From positions 1-36,598 of the IMG/VR virus record IMGVR_UViG_3300020045_022195: a DNA stretch of 36,598 nucleotides; one strand, written 5' to 3'. Both the position numbers and the translations under genes were made by a program. The notes under the pieces are model-generated. The model saw only the letters and a program-made list of their open reading frames with translations. It was not told the DNA's origin and did no database searches. Positions 36,491 through 36,598 of the stretch are shown piece after piece. Every line of letters starts with the position of its first letter. Position 1 is the first letter of the stretch. This DNA is from a virus (taxonomy: Duplodnaviria; Caudoviricetes).

Positions 36491-36598
36491 ATGATTGAAA
36501 TAGCATGGTTAATTGTTGCAGGAATTGGTGCTATCGGGCTTATGATTTGCTTTTCGATAGCAATGGGTAAAATGATTAAATTTGGTGATGGTGAATGA
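36491..36598 (+). CDS. Small single-TM protein (35 aa)
   Basis: MIEIAWLIVAGIGAIGLMICFSIAMG..., AACTGGAGAATAAAA RBS; stop at the window end. Confidence 0.5.
   Translation: MIEIAWLIVAGIGAIGLMICFSIAMGKMIKFGDGE

Overview
This window is most of an AT-rich tailed-phage genome of podovirus (P22/BPP-1-like) layout. The minus strand (1-25.7 kb) carries the late module: TerS, TerL, portal, scaffold, major capsid, adaptor/nozzle, ejection proteins, tail fibre, lectin/lyase accessory proteins, and a holin-like gene with nested spanins. The plus strand (27.3-36.6 kb) carries early/replication genes: ERF recombinase, SSB, HNH, DExD helicase, VRR-NUC and many small ORFs. A minus-strand AAA_25/RepA helicase with an adjacent palindromic origin candidate lies between them. 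No integrase, DNA polymerase, primase or endolysin was recognised. The most striking unexplained signal is non-coding. About nine early genes share an extended ribosome-binding motif (AACTGGAGA...ATG), and a promoter-proximal hairpin at 30746-30782 displays the reverse complement of this motif in its 15-nt loop, suggesting a phage anti-RBS small RNA that silences a regulon of its own genes. A second structured-RNA cluster (anti-SD hairpin, twin stems, tRNA-like fold, H-type pseudoknot) lies at 34769-35107. All protein calls rest on motif recognition and synteny, not database searches.
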